Shown here piece after piece: positions 27,680-37,312 of a stretch of 64,000 bases of DNA. The notes beneath the pieces were generated by a model that did not search any database, was not told where the DNA came from, and was given only the letters and a program-made list of their open reading frames with translations. The first letter of the stretch is position 1; each line of letters starts with the position of its first letter. The position numbers were made by a program, and so were the translations under genes. The stretch is taken from contig CALKUP010000016.1 in assembly GCA_937996685.1 (NCBI GenBank), forward strand, positions 18,284 through 82,283, in the 5' to 3' direction. This stretch comes from an uncultured bacterium. GTDB lineage: Bacteria; Patescibacteriota; Patescibacteriia; UBA9570; XYC2-FULL-38-9.

Positions 27680-28276
27680 ATGGCTCGCTCTAATAGAAAT
27701 TCCCAGGCATTGGATACCTTGCTCACCGCCCTCCGCAATGCCGGAGGTGAAGTGCTTAAGGAGGAGCGGTTGTTGCATCTGCTCTGTGATCCTGCAATAG
27801 CCAGTAGGTTGGCGCAGGACTTGGTGTGTACGCACCTGCAGCGTCAGAAATCCCTCCCTCGGGTGGAGGACCTGGTCATCAGCAACACGATCATTACGGT
27901 CTACTACCGGGCTGATGGTTCCGAAGAAGGTCATTACGACCACCTCTTTCCCTTTCAGTACTTCCCTAAGAAGGTGCGTGTTCGTTGGGTAGAACTGCCT
28001 TACGGATTTGGAGCTACTACGTCCGATGTTGCAAATCATCTCCGTGCAAGAGGACTTGATGCCCCCGTTGACGTGGCGGTGGTGAAGGCCCTTCTTCTTC
28101 ATGTGAAACGAATGAACTTTATGGTCTTGTTGCGAGACAAGGCCTATATCTGGGATCCGAGCGTTCCGAACAAGGTGGTGAGCCGGTTCAATCGAGACAC
28201 TGAGCTGAATCAGGAAGCGCTCAATGGGTCCGCGACCTTCATTGGCATCGTCGATGTCGAGGTGCTCGACAAATAG
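27680..28276 (+). CDS. hypothetical protein (GC-rich island)
   Basis: In-frame ATG at 27680 (MARSNRNSQALDTLLTALRNAGG...). No recognisable domain. Bracketed by the two repeat copies. Confidence 0.45.
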   Translation: MARSNRNSQALDTLLTALRNAGGEVLKEERLLHLLCDPAIASRLAQDLVCTHLQRQKSLPRVEDLVISNTIITVYYRADGSEEGHYDHLFPFQYFPKKVRVRWVELPYGFGATTSDVANHLRARGLDAPVDVAVVKALLLHVKRMNFMVLLRDKAYIWDPSVPNKVVSRFNRDTELNQEALNGSATFIGIVDVEVLDK

Positions 28277-28295
28277 CCCTCGGTGTTCCTCAGGC

Positions 28296-28428
28296 GGCGA
28301 AGGCGCAGAAGTCCCTGCGTAGACAGCGGGGCGATTCGCTGGAGACACTAGCTCTTTAGCGAATGACAACCGCCAGTTCCCGTCGACGCAGGTCAACGGG
28401 GAATTTCGGCGGTTTTTTCTTATAGAAA
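28296..28428 (+). repeat. direct repeat copy 2 (~133 bp) with hairpin/T-tract terminator
   Basis: Begins 20 nt after the stop of 27680..28276. The 3-prime half is near-identical to copy 1, including ...tttcggcggttttttcttatagaaa. Confidence 0.8.
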
Positions 28429-28465
28429 TTTTCTCTCAACAGAAAAATAGTGTAGAATACAGGGC

Positions 28466-29293
28466 ATGGATGAAGAAATCGTGTCACAAAACCCTGTCCC
28501 TGCAGAGCCGCTTGTTGCTCCAACACCTCCCCCAATTCCGGAGGAGTCATTTTGGTCTCGTTGGAAAGGGATTATTCTGTTAATCGCTGCGATGTGCGCA
28601 ATCGGCTTGTTTGGGTTGTTGATTTATCGAACCACAGTCTATGTGGGGAAAATTCAACGCGGCGAAGTGATTGATGTCAGTGCGTTCAGTAATAACACAA
28701 GTGCATCACAGTTGTCGGATACGGGTATTCAAAAAATTGAAACAGTGAATAATGAAGCGGTGAATAATTTTGCGGATGATCCGAGCATTGGCCCAGAAAA
28801 TGCAGCAGTCACGCTTGTGATGTTTGAAGATTTTGAGTGCCCGTATTGCGAGCAATTATTTCCAGTGATCGTTGCAGCGCGTAAGCAATATGCGAATGAT
28901 ATTCGCTTTGTGTACCGCGATTTTCCACTGACGGATATTCACCCAAATGCGCAGAAAGCAGCGGAGGCCGGAAATTGTGCGAATGCCCAAGGAGCGTTTT
29001 GGACATATCATGATCTGTTATTTCGAAATCAAGATAAGCTGACTGTTCCGGACTTAAAAAAATATGCTCAAACAACGGGATTGGATACAGAGAAATTCAA
29101 CACCTGTTTAGATTCTGGGGAATACGCAGATGAAGTGCAACAAGATTTTGAAGATGGTGTTCGAGCTGGTGTTTCTGGAACTCCGACACTCTTTTTCAAC
29201 GGCAATCCAGTCAAAGGCGCGATTACGCAAAGTGGCTTTGATCAAGTAATGTCGTTGCTATTGCAATCAACGAATCAATCCACAAATCAATAA
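28466..29293 (+). CDS. DsbA-like thiol:disulfide oxidoreductase, membrane-anchored
   Basis: TM anchor, then ...VTLVMFEDFECPYCEQLFPV... (CPYC active site). Confidence 0.7.
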   Translation: MDEEIVSQNPVPAEPLVAPTPPPIPEESFWSRWKGIILLIAAMCAIGLFGLLIYRTTVYVGKIQRGEVIDVSAFSNNTSASQLSDTGIQKIETVNNEAVNNFADDPSIGPENAAVTLVMFEDFECPYCEQLFPVIVAARKQYANDIRFVYRDFPLTDIHPNAQKAAEAGNCANAQGAFWTYHDLLFRNQDKLTVPDLKKYAQTTGLDTEKFNTCLDSGEYADEVQQDFEDGVRAGVSGTPTLFFNGNPVKGAITQSGFDQVMSLLLQSTNQSTNQ

Positions 29294-29294
29294 T

Positions 29295-29753
29295 ATGCAT
29301 ATTATCATCGGATCAGACCACGCCGCATTTGAAGTGAAAGCTTCAATTATTGAGCAACTACAAGCCAAAGGACATACCGTTGAAGATGTTGGGACACACT
29401 CTGTCGAGAGTTGTGATTATCCGGATGTTGCATTTACTGCAGGAGCAGCTTTGCAAAAAGCGATTGCGACTGATCCGGGTAGTCGCGGAATTTTATTGTG
29501 TGGTTCAGGTATTGGCATGAGCATCGCGGCAAATAAAATTCCAGGTATTTACGCAGCGCTTGCAACGGATGTCTACATGGCAGCGCAAGGTGTGGAGCAC
29601 GACAATGCAAATGTGTTGGTTTTGGCAGCGCGCGTGAGCTCTGAGCCGGATATGCATGCAATGGTTGATGCATTTTTGAACGCATCATTTTTGAATGAAG
29701 AAAAATATGTCCGCCGCTTCAAAAAAGTGGTAGACTATGAACAGTCTGTCTAG
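29295..29753 (+). CDS. rpiB: ribose-5-phosphate isomerase B
   Basis: MHIIIGSDHAAFEVKASIIEQL...ILLCGSGIGMSIAANK is an RpiB/LacA signature. Confidence 0.85.
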   Translation: MHIIIGSDHAAFEVKASIIEQLQAKGHTVEDVGTHSVESCDYPDVAFTAGAALQKAIATDPGSRGILLCGSGIGMSIAANKIPGIYAALATDVYMAAQGVEHDNANVLVLAARVSSEPDMHAMVDAFLNASFLNEEKYVRRFKKVVDYEQSV

Positions 29754-29777
29754 AGTAATTATATAATATTGAACATC

Positions 29778-30440
29778 ATGTCAGAATTACATCCATCTAT
29801 TACGGTTATTCCTGCGATTTTAGAAAAGTCGCTCGACGCTATCCAGGCGAAAGTAGCTGTTGCAAAAACCTTTTCAGATATCGCGCAACTTGATGTGATG
29901 GATGGCGTATTTGTTCCAAATACCACCTTCGCTGATCCGCAAGCCATTGCAGCGATTGACTATCAATTCGAAGTGCATCTCATGATCACAAAACCGGAGC
30001 TCTATGCTGCAATGTGGAATATCCCGAATGTGAAACGGATTATTGTGCATTATGAAGCAGTGAGTAATGTGCAACACATGATCGATCAGTTGAAAAAAAT
30101 GGAAAAGGAAGTTGGGATTGCGCTCAATCCAGGAACGCCAAGTCACGTGTTATCTGATGTGATTGATCAATTAGACATGGTGCTGGTCATGGGTGTTGAT
30201 CCAGGTTTTTCTGGGCAAAAATTTCAACATGACGCGATTGAAAAAATCAAAGAACTCAAAGGCATGCGATCAGATCTTGTGGTTGCGGTTGATGGAGGCG
30301 TGAATATGTATAACCGAGCTCGAATTATCGACGCAGGTGCAACAGTGCTCGATGCTGCGAGCGCTATTTGGAGTCAAAAAGATCCTGCGGCGGCATATAC
30401 AGCATTAGTCACTGGCGTTACAGCGCCCCAAGCTGAATAA
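29778..30440 (+). CDS. rpe: ribulose-phosphate 3-epimerase
   Basis: ...DVMDGVFVPNTTF...VHLMI...MGVDPGFSGQKF... ATG at 29778 (the track start at 29769 is a TTG). Confidence 0.8.
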   Translation: MSELHPSITVIPAILEKSLDAIQAKVAVAKTFSDIAQLDVMDGVFVPNTTFADPQAIAAIDYQFEVHLMITKPELYAAMWNIPNVKRIIVHYEAVSNVQHMIDQLKKMEKEVGIALNPGTPSHVLSDVIDQLDMVLVMGVDPGFSGQKFQHDAIEKIKELKGMRSDLVVAVDGGVNMYNRARIIDAGATVLDAASAIWSQKDPAAAYTALVTGVTAPQAE

Positions 30441-30449
30441 TTATTTTTT

Positions 30450-31319
30450 ATGAAACCGACATTTCCAATTGAGGACACAAAAGACTTGGCATTGATGGCG
30501 AATACAATTCGTCAAGATTTATTGAAGGCGATTCATGCCGCGGGTTCTGGTCATCCAGGTGGATCACTTGGGATGGCAGATATTTTTACAATCTTGTATT
30601 TTCATGCGCTGCAGCACGATCCAAAAAAACCGTTATGGACAAAACGCGATCGTTTGGTGCTCAGCAACGGACATATTTGCCCGGTGTTATATGCGACAAT
30701 GGCGCATGCTGGATATTTGTCGATTGATGAGGTGATGACATTACGCAAAATGGGGAGTCGCGTTCAAGGACATCCGCATCGTGAAGAAATTGCAGGATTG
30801 GAAACCAGCTCCGGCCCATTGGGCTCTGGTTTGTCACAAGCTGCTGGAATGGCAATTGCCGCAAAGATGGATGACGCGGGCCATACAGTATTTGCATTAA
30901 CATCAGACGGTGAGCATCAAGAAGGGAATACTTGGGAAGGTGTGATGCTGGCTGGAAAATATCAACTCGATAATCTCGTGCAGATTATGGATCGCAACTA
31001 TATTCAAATTGACGGGAACACGGAAGATGTGATGCCGCTCGATCCAGTGCGTGAAAAATATGAAGCGTTTGGCTGGTGGGTCACAGAAGTTGATGCGCAT
31101 AATTACAAACAAGTGATGAATGCGATTGATCAAGCGAAAAATGTGAAACATAAACCAGCGTTGATTGTTGCGTATACGGTTCCTGGAAAAGGTGTGTCAT
31201 ATATGGAAGATCAATATGGCTGGCACGGAAAAGCGCCGAGTGACGCGGAATTAGAACAGGCTCTTGCTGAGCTGCAAGACATTCGCGCGCAGATCGAAAG
31301 TGGTACCTATGAATATTAA
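30450..31319 (+). CDS. transketolase, N-terminal (TPP-binding) subunit
   Basis: GSGHPGGSLGMADIFTILYFHAL...SNGHICPVLYA...GPLGSGLSQAAGMA. Split two-subunit arrangement. Confidence 0.85.
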   Translation: MKPTFPIEDTKDLALMANTIRQDLLKAIHAAGSGHPGGSLGMADIFTILYFHALQHDPKKPLWTKRDRLVLSNGHICPVLYATMAHAGYLSIDEVMTLRKMGSRVQGHPHREEIAGLETSSGPLGSGLSQAAGMAIAAKMDDAGHTVFALTSDGEHQEGNTWEGVMLAGKYQLDNLVQIMDRNYIQIDGNTEDVMPLDPVREKYEAFGWWVTEVDAHNYKQVMNAIDQAKNVKHKPALIVAYTVPGKGVSYMEDQYGWHGKAPSDAELEQALAELQDIRAQIESGTYEY

Positions 31320-31322
31320 TTG

Positions 31323-32318
31323 ATGTATATGCCTATTAATCCTCTTGTAAAATTATCAAAACATTGGAATACACCAGACGCGTTGGAAAAGCTTGGGACA
31401 CGCGACGGCTTTGGGAAAGGTTTGGTTGAAGCGGCGAAAAAGCACGCAGATATCGTGGGCCTGACAGCAGACCTTGGTGAGTCGACACGGATGCATTTAT
31501 TTGCAGAAGCGTTTCCAAATCGCTTTATTCAAGTTGGTGTTGCCGAACAAAATCTTGTGACTGTCGCAAGTGGTCTCGCAGCAGGTGGAAAAATTCCATT
31601 TGCCAGTGGCTTTGGCGCGTTTACGCCAGGTCGCAATTGGGAGCAAATTCGAACAACGATTTGTTACAACAATCAGCCAGTGCAAGTTGTCGGGACTCAC
31701 ACTGGTATTACTGTTGGTGAAGACGGCGCAACACATCAAGTGTTAGAAGATATTGGATTGATGCGGATGTTGCCAAATATGCGTGTCATTGTTCCAGCAG
31801 ATGCTGAGCAGGCGCGAAAAGCGACATTGGCAATGGCAAAAAATCCAAAGCCGACCTATTTGCGTTTAGGTCGTGAAAAGTTTCCGACGTTCACAACAAA
31901 AAGTACACCGTTTGAAATTGGAAAAGCGGACGTCTATTATCGTGGTTCAGATGTGACGATTATCGCGGCCGGCCCGCAGGTGTACGACGCGTTAATGGTC
32001 GCAGTCGCGTTGAAAGGCACAGTTGCGGTTGAGGTGATTAACATGCACACCATTAAACCATTTGATCTTGAAACAGTATTGAAGTCAGTCAAAAAAACCG
32101 GCGCAGTTGTGACAGTGGAAGATCATCAAATTGCTGGCGGTCTTGGCGGTGCGGTCGCAGAGCAGCTCGCACTGCATTTGCCAGCTCCAATGGAATTCAT
32201 CGGTGTTCATGATGCATTTGGTGAATCCGGAACAGCAAAAGAATTGCTTGAACATTTTCACATTACACAAAAAGATATCATCAAAGCGATTCATTGTGTT
32301 CTTGCTCGGAAAAAATAA
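31323..32318 (+). CDS. transketolase, C-terminal (pyrimidine-binding/C-terminal domain) subunit
   Basis: ...RDGFGKGLVEAAK...GVAEQNLVTVASGLAAGGKIPFASGFGAF... Confidence 0.85.
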   Translation: MYMPINPLVKLSKHWNTPDALEKLGTRDGFGKGLVEAAKKHADIVGLTADLGESTRMHLFAEAFPNRFIQVGVAEQNLVTVASGLAAGGKIPFASGFGAFTPGRNWEQIRTTICYNNQPVQVVGTHTGITVGEDGATHQVLEDIGLMRMLPNMRVIVPADAEQARKATLAMAKNPKPTYLRLGREKFPTFTTKSTPFEIGKADVYYRGSDVTIIAAGPQVYDALMVAVALKGTVAVEVINMHTIKPFDLETVLKSVKKTGAVVTVEDHQIAGGLGGAVAEQLALHLPAPMEFIGVHDAFGESGTAKELLEHFHITQKDIIKAIHCVLARKK

Positions 32319-32342
32319 CAACATAGTGCTTAGTCGCTTTCT

Positions 32343-33476
32343 ATGAAATTCCAGATTCACTTCCCAAAAAAAATCACTGTTGCAGTTGCCTTGCTTGCGC
32401 TCATGGCAATTGTTGTAGTCGTATTGCGTATTCGTTTATTGGTAACAGGGGAGGCGAATACACCAAAAAAACAAGTAACAGTTGATGAGTTGATGAAGCA
32501 AGTGATTCCCAGTGACGATCAACTGAAAAAGATTTTTTTACAATCCCTTGGGACGGATAGTCTGCAGAGTGTATCAAAGCGTTTGTTAACAGCAGATTCA
32601 ACCGTCTTGAATGGATATGTCAGTAAGCCAGAAGGTGCTGGTCCATTTCCGTTTATTATTTTGTTACACGACATGCCGTCTTCAACAAAGATGGCGACAA
32701 CCGTGAGTGAAAATCTTGGTGAAGATTTAGCAAATACAGCACAAAGCGTTGTTGTGAGTCTTGATTATCGCGATGTTCGATCGCCGAGTGATTTAACGCC
32801 AGATATCGCAGCGGCAATTCAGTTTCGTGACCAGTTTCGAGAAACGATTGATCAACCCATTTTTATTGTGAGTGCTGGAGCGGGGAGTGTGGCTGTGCTT
32901 GCTGCTGCAACTGACGAGTCTATCGCTCCATCAATTTCAGGTATTGTATTTGTGAATGGATACCGATCTCCGGCAAAGGCATTTACACAATTACAAGCAA
33001 CAAACGAAGCAGAATCGCGCTTCTTTTCTCAATATTTTGATTGCGGATCACCTATCGGAGGCGCTGATACGGCGGTCTCTGAAGAAGGGCGTCAAGTCAT
33101 TGATCGTTGTTTAATCGAGTTTGAACAAGATAAAAAAGTATCACAAGATATTCCAGTCTTGTCATTGCGTACGACTAATTTTCAAGCGACTACAGATGCG
33201 ATGAATGCTGATTTTGCAACACTGATCCCGAAAGAGTCTCTCACAGAATCACGCATTGAAACTGCTGATGTGACCGGTGCAATTTTTGTGAATGCGACAA
33301 GCCCAGAATTTTTACGTGCGCGCACAACAATAACTGATTGGATTCGGTCAGTTGCCGACGCTCCTGCCGCAGACACGCAAATCAATGAGGAGTCAACGCA
33401 AAGCAATACGAATAGTGTGACGAATACAAATAGCAATGCAAACAGCGCGGTGACACAACCAATTATTGTTGAATAA
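32343..33476 (+). CDS. membrane-anchored alpha/beta hydrolase, dienelactone-hydrolase-like (tentative)
   Basis: N-terminal TM. GYVSKPEGAGPFPFIILLHD resembles the DLH-family N-terminal motif. Confidence 0.45.
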   Translation: MKFQIHFPKKITVAVALLALMAIVVVVLRIRLLVTGEANTPKKQVTVDELMKQVIPSDDQLKKIFLQSLGTDSLQSVSKRLLTADSTVLNGYVSKPEGAGPFPFIILLHDMPSSTKMATTVSENLGEDLANTAQSVVVSLDYRDVRSPSDLTPDIAAAIQFRDQFRETIDQPIFIVSAGAGSVAVLAAATDESIAPSISGIVFVNGYRSPAKAFTQLQATNEAESRFFSQYFDCGSPIGGADTAVSEEGRQVIDRCLIEFEQDKKVSQDIPVLSLRTTNFQATTDAMNADFATLIPKESLTESRIETADVTGAIFVNATSPEFLRARTTITDWIRSVADAPAADTQINEESTQSNTNSVTNTNSNANSAVTQPIIVE

Positions 33477-33477
33477 T

Positions 33478-34263
33478 ATGATTCCGTATTTTCAATGGAC
33501 AGCTGTTACGATTGGTCCGGTGCATCTCTATGTCTGGGGAACATTTGTGGCAATTGGTATTATTGTTGCGACGTGGTGCGCGATGCGGATTGCAGAACAA
33601 CAAGGTCATTCTGCTGAATATGTTTTTGACCAAGCCGTGTGGGTTGTCTTGTGGGGGCTGATCGGCGCGCGTGTATTATATTGTGTGTCTGAGTTCGCGT
33701 TTTTTGCCGCACATCCGTTTCAGGTATTTGCGTTGTGGAATGGAGGGATGTCGATTACCGGTGGTATTCTTGGTGGTGTATTCTATTTGGTGTGGTCTTA
33801 TCGAAATAATCGACTCGCTGGATTGCAATACTTGGAGCTCGTTGCGCTCGTGTGTCCGATTGGGATGTGTATCGGTCGTGTCGGCTGTTTTTGTATTTAC
33901 GATCATCCAGGTTCTGCGACGACGTTGCCGTGGGGTCAGGAGTATAGCGATGGTGTTGTGCGGCATAATCATGGACTGTATTTATCATTGCACGCTGGTC
34001 TCATTGCAGTGCTTTTTTGGTTCTTGTATCGCCGGAATCCACATCGACCCGCTGGCACATATATCGCGTTATTTGCCGTGCTCTATGGCGCGCCGCGTTT
34101 TTTCTTGGATTTTTTACGAGCAACGGATATTCCCGGCAGTGACCCTCGTTATGCAGGTCTCACAATTGCGCAATATGTCAGTCTTTTTATGATTGTCGCT
34201 GGACTTTTCTTGTGGTACACTGTCTATTATGGAAAAGCATCCAAAAAAGCACCAACGTCATAA
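33478..34263 (+). CDS. lgt: prolipoprotein diacylglyceryl transferase
   Basis: IGPVHLYVWG...GARVLYCV...ALWNGGMSITGGILGG...IGRVGCF... are Lgt signature blocks. ATG at 33478 (the track start is a TTG). Confidence 0.7.
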   Translation: MIPYFQWTAVTIGPVHLYVWGTFVAIGIIVATWCAMRIAEQQGHSAEYVFDQAVWVVLWGLIGARVLYCVSEFAFFAAHPFQVFALWNGGMSITGGILGGVFYLVWSYRNNRLAGLQYLELVALVCPIGMCIGRVGCFCIYDHPGSATTLPWGQEYSDGVVRHNHGLYLSLHAGLIAVLFWFLYRRNPHRPAGTYIALFAVLYGAPRFFLDFLRATDIPGSDPRYAGLTIAQYVSLFMIVAGLFLWYTVYYGKASKKAPTS

Positions 34264-36115
34264 AGTTGCGAAAAAAACAGCACGCTCGAGCACAAAAAAA
34301 GCAGCCTCTATTGTTGATACTGAAGATGTAGCAGTTGTGTCAGATCAAGTTGAAGAAACTGAGGCATTTACTGACACGCCGGAACATCGCAAACAAGCAA
34401 AGGCAGTTGCTGATCTGTCAGGTATTTATCATCTTGAAGAAGATGATGATATTGATATGACAAAAATGGACCAAGAAGAAAATAAGCGACGTTGGCGTTT
34501 ATTTGTCGGGCTCGCATTTTTTGGTGTGCTTGCGATTGCGGCATTGGTGTATGTGATGTGGTTTCGGCCGGTTCCAAGTAGCGGCGATGTGACATTAACA
34601 ATGACGACTGATTCAAAAGTTGCGAGTGGTGACGCTGTGACAATTGAGGTGCAATATCGAAACAATAAAAATGTGCCAATTTCAACCGGCACAGTTGAAT
34701 TATTTTATCCGTCTGGCTTTACCCCGCAGTCAACATCAATAGAACCGGATGCAGATTCAGATAATAAGCGATTTACTATTGCAAATGTAGCAGCTGGTGG
34801 GAGCGGAAAAATTCGCATTATCGGGCAACTTGTTGGGAGTCCAAAAGATGAAAAAGAATTTTCGGCGCAATTGACATATCGACCAGAAAATTTTTCACAA
34901 GATTTTCAGGTGTCCGGAAAAACAACAACAACAATTACATCTTCAACAATTTCCGCGCTCTTAACTGTGCCAGAGCAAGTGCAAACGAATACAGAATTTG
35001 AATATACTGTTGTTGTGAAAAATAATGGTAAGACTGATTTGCAACGTGTGCAATTAGTGATGACAACGCCTGATGGCTACACATTTGTATCTTCCGACCC
35101 GAAGACATTTAGCGAGCAAGACACCTGGATGTTTGATGAGTTTCCGGCAGGTGAGGAAAAAAAGGTGACGATCAAGGCAAAGCTTGATGGAAAGTCAGGA
35201 GATACTGCTGATTTGAAAGCGGAGATTGGACTCGCTGAGCTCGACAATTCATTTAATGTGCAAACAGAAAATACGAAGACGATCTTATTGCTTGATCCAA
35301 ATTTTGACATGTCAGTCGGCTTTCCAGAAAAACTGTATCCAGGAGATGCTGTGACGTTGACTGCAACGATTAAAAATACAACTGGAAGTACTGTTAAAAA
35401 TGTCACGCCAACATTGGAATTATCAGGGTCTCTGTGGGCTGAAAAAACACATGCGTTTGATACAGTTGCTTCATGGGAAAACGGAGAAGAAAAAACGTTT
35501 GAGTATAAAACGACAGTAAAAAAATCAGAAAAAGCAGAGTCTGTTGAACTTGGGGCAAAGCTTGTGATCCCTGCGGTGACAATTTCTGGCACAGAAGTGA
35601 AGATTGATAAGTCGGTTGAAAAAAAACAAAAAGTACAAAGTCGTGCAACAGTCAGTGCGGTGGGGCGGTATTTTGACGCGAGTCTGAAAAAAATTGGTGA
35701 AGGCCCACTGCCGCCAGCGGTTGGAAAAACAACCGTGTACGCAATTGATCTGACAATGAAAGCGGGGCAAAATCCATTGCAAAAAGCAACGATTACAGCA
35801 ACTTTGCCTGAGACAGTGACGTGGGTGAAGGCAGTTGAGACAAGCGGCGGATATCCGGTTGTGTATGATACAAAAAAACGGACTGTGACATTCACAGCAA
35901 CTGAGGTTGCAGCGAGTTCTACAGTGACTGGTCGGTTTTTCGTGAGCGTGACGCCAGTTGTTGATCAAAAGGCGAGTCTGTTGGTATTGTTAGGCGAGCC
36001 CGTGTTTACAGCAACGGATGCGTTTACAAATGAGTCGTTGTCGCAAAATCTTGATCGTATTACAACTGATCTTGTTGCTGATGATGGCGCAAAAGGCAAA
36101 GGTATTGTTGAATAG
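34229..36115 (+). CDS. cell-surface protein with DUF11-type (CARDB-like) repeats
   Basis: ATG at 34229 (MEKHPKKHQRHK...). TM anchor, then repeated ~100-aa beta-rich units (...TIEVQYRNNKNVPISTGTVELFYPSGF..., ...EYTVVVKNNGKTDLQRVQLVMTTPDGY..., ...VTLTATIKNTTGSTVKNVTPTLELS...). Confidence 0.6.
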   Translation: MEKHPKKHQRHKVAKKTARSSTKKAASIVDTEDVAVVSDQVEETEAFTDTPEHRKQAKAVADLSGIYHLEEDDDIDMTKMDQEENKRRWRLFVGLAFFGVLAIAALVYVMWFRPVPSSGDVTLTMTTDSKVASGDAVTIEVQYRNNKNVPISTGTVELFYPSGFTPQSTSIEPDADSDNKRFTIANVAAGGSGKIRIIGQLVGSPKDEKEFSAQLTYRPENFSQDFQVSGKTTTTITSSTISALLTVPEQVQTNTEFEYTVVVKNNGKTDLQRVQLVMTTPDGYTFVSSDPKTFSEQDTWMFDEFPAGEEKKVTIKAKLDGKSGDTADLKAEIGLAELDNSFNVQTENTKTILLLDPNFDMSVGFPEKLYPGDAVTLTATIKNTTGSTVKNVTPTLELSGSLWAEKTHAFDTVASWENGEEKTFEYKTTVKKSEKAESVELGAKLVIPAVTISGTEVKIDKSVEKKQKVQSRATVSAVGRYFDASLKKIGEGPLPPAVGKTTVYAIDLTMKAGQNPLQKATITATLPETVTWVKAVETSGGYPVVYDTKKRTVTFTATEVAASSTVTGRFFVSVTPVVDQKASLLVLLGEPVFTATDAFTNESLSQNLDRITTDLVADDGAKGKGIVE

Positions 36116-36145
36116 TGGATACGCGCGTTATTATTTATAGAAGAT

Positions 36146-37312
36146 ATGTTTGTACTCAAAAAATCAATCAACGGATCAACGAGCGCGCGACGTGGAGAAC
36201 TCAAAACAGCGCACGGTGTATTGCAAACACCGTTTTTTATGCCGATTGCAACGAAAGGGACAGTGAAAGCGTTGAGTTCGTTTGATTTATGGGAGCTGCA
36301 ACAACGGGTTGATGCGGCAACAACGCCAATTGTGTTGAGTAATACCTATCATTTATTATTGCGTCCTGGAAAAGAAGCGCTGGAGCGAGTCGGTGGCTTG
36401 CGAGATTGGATGCGATGGAAAGGAGCGATGCTGACAGATTCTGGTGGATTTCAAGTATTTTCATTGGCGAATTTACGCACCGTGTCTGATAGTGGTGTGA
36501 CATTCCAATCGCATATTGATGGATCAAGTTATACTATGACTCCAGAGTCTTCGATGGAAATGCAGCAGGCGATTGGTGCTGATATTTGGATGATGTTTGA
36601 TTTGTTTCCTGGGTATCCAGCAACCCGCACGCAAGCAGAGCATTCAGTGCAAGTGACAACAGATTGGGCAAAGCGGTGTGTTGCGCGAGTGGCGCAGATG
36701 CGAGCCGAGCAGTCTGATTTTTCAAATCAATTATTTGCAATTGTTCAAGGCAGTAGTTTTCCAGACTTGCGAGAACGGAGCGCGCGTGAGCTGACTGAGC
36801 TTGATGTGAACGGGTTTGCGATTGGCGGTCTTGCGGTTGGTGAGCCAGCGGAGGTGATGTATGACATGATCGCCGCGACAACACCATTTTTACCAGAGGA
36901 CAAGCCGCGATATCTTATGGGCGTTGGAATGCCAGAGCAAATTTTAGAAGCCGTCAAACGCGGAGTTGATATGTTTGATTGTGTGTTGCCGACTCGCAAC
37001 GCGCGTCATGGTCAAGTGTTTGTGCGGAATCCGGAAGCAGAGTCACTGGTCGCGCCTGACTTGTCCGCAGTGCATTATCATAAAATGCAAATCAGTGGAG
37101 CGGCGTACGTGAATGACGATACAGTGATTGACCCACGATGTTGTTGTCGAGCATGCGCCGGCAGCGGAGATATGCCAGGGTATACGCGCTCGTATATTCG
37201 TCACCTGTTCAAAAATGATGAGCCGCTTGCAGCACAGCTACTGACAGAGCATAACGTGACATTTTATTTAGAATTAATGCGAGATATTCGCAACACTATT
37301 GATGCTGTATGA
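36146..37312 (+). CDS. tgt: queuine tRNA-ribosyltransferase
   Basis: ...LQTPFFMPIATKGTVKAL...LSNTYHLLLRPG...GFAIGGLAVGE... and a Zn site CCCRAC...H. Confidence 0.85.
   Translation: MFVLKKSINGSTSARRGELKTAHGVLQTPFFMPIATKGTVKALSSFDLWELQQRVDAATTPIVLSNTYHLLLRPGKEALERVGGLRDWMRWKGAMLTDSGGFQVFSLANLRTVSDSGVTFQSHIDGSSYTMTPESSMEMQQAIGADIWMMFDLFPGYPATRTQAEHSVQVTTDWAKRCVARVAQMRAEQSDFSNQLFAIVQGSSFPDLRERSARELTELDVNGFAIGGLAVGEPAEVMYDMIAATTPFLPEDKPRYLMGVGMPEQILEAVKRGVDMFDCVLPTRNARHGQVFVRNPEAESLVAPDLSAVHYHKMQISGAAYVNDDTVIDPRCCCRACAGSGDMPGYTRSYIRHLFKNDEPLAAQLLTEHNVTFYLELMRDIRNTIDAV

Noticed and set aside
35077-35968. Minus-strand ORFs of 272 and 147 aa overlapping the DUF11 surface-protein gene
   Set aside because: Antisense to a repeat-rich, well-supported + strand gene. 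Compositionally implausible.
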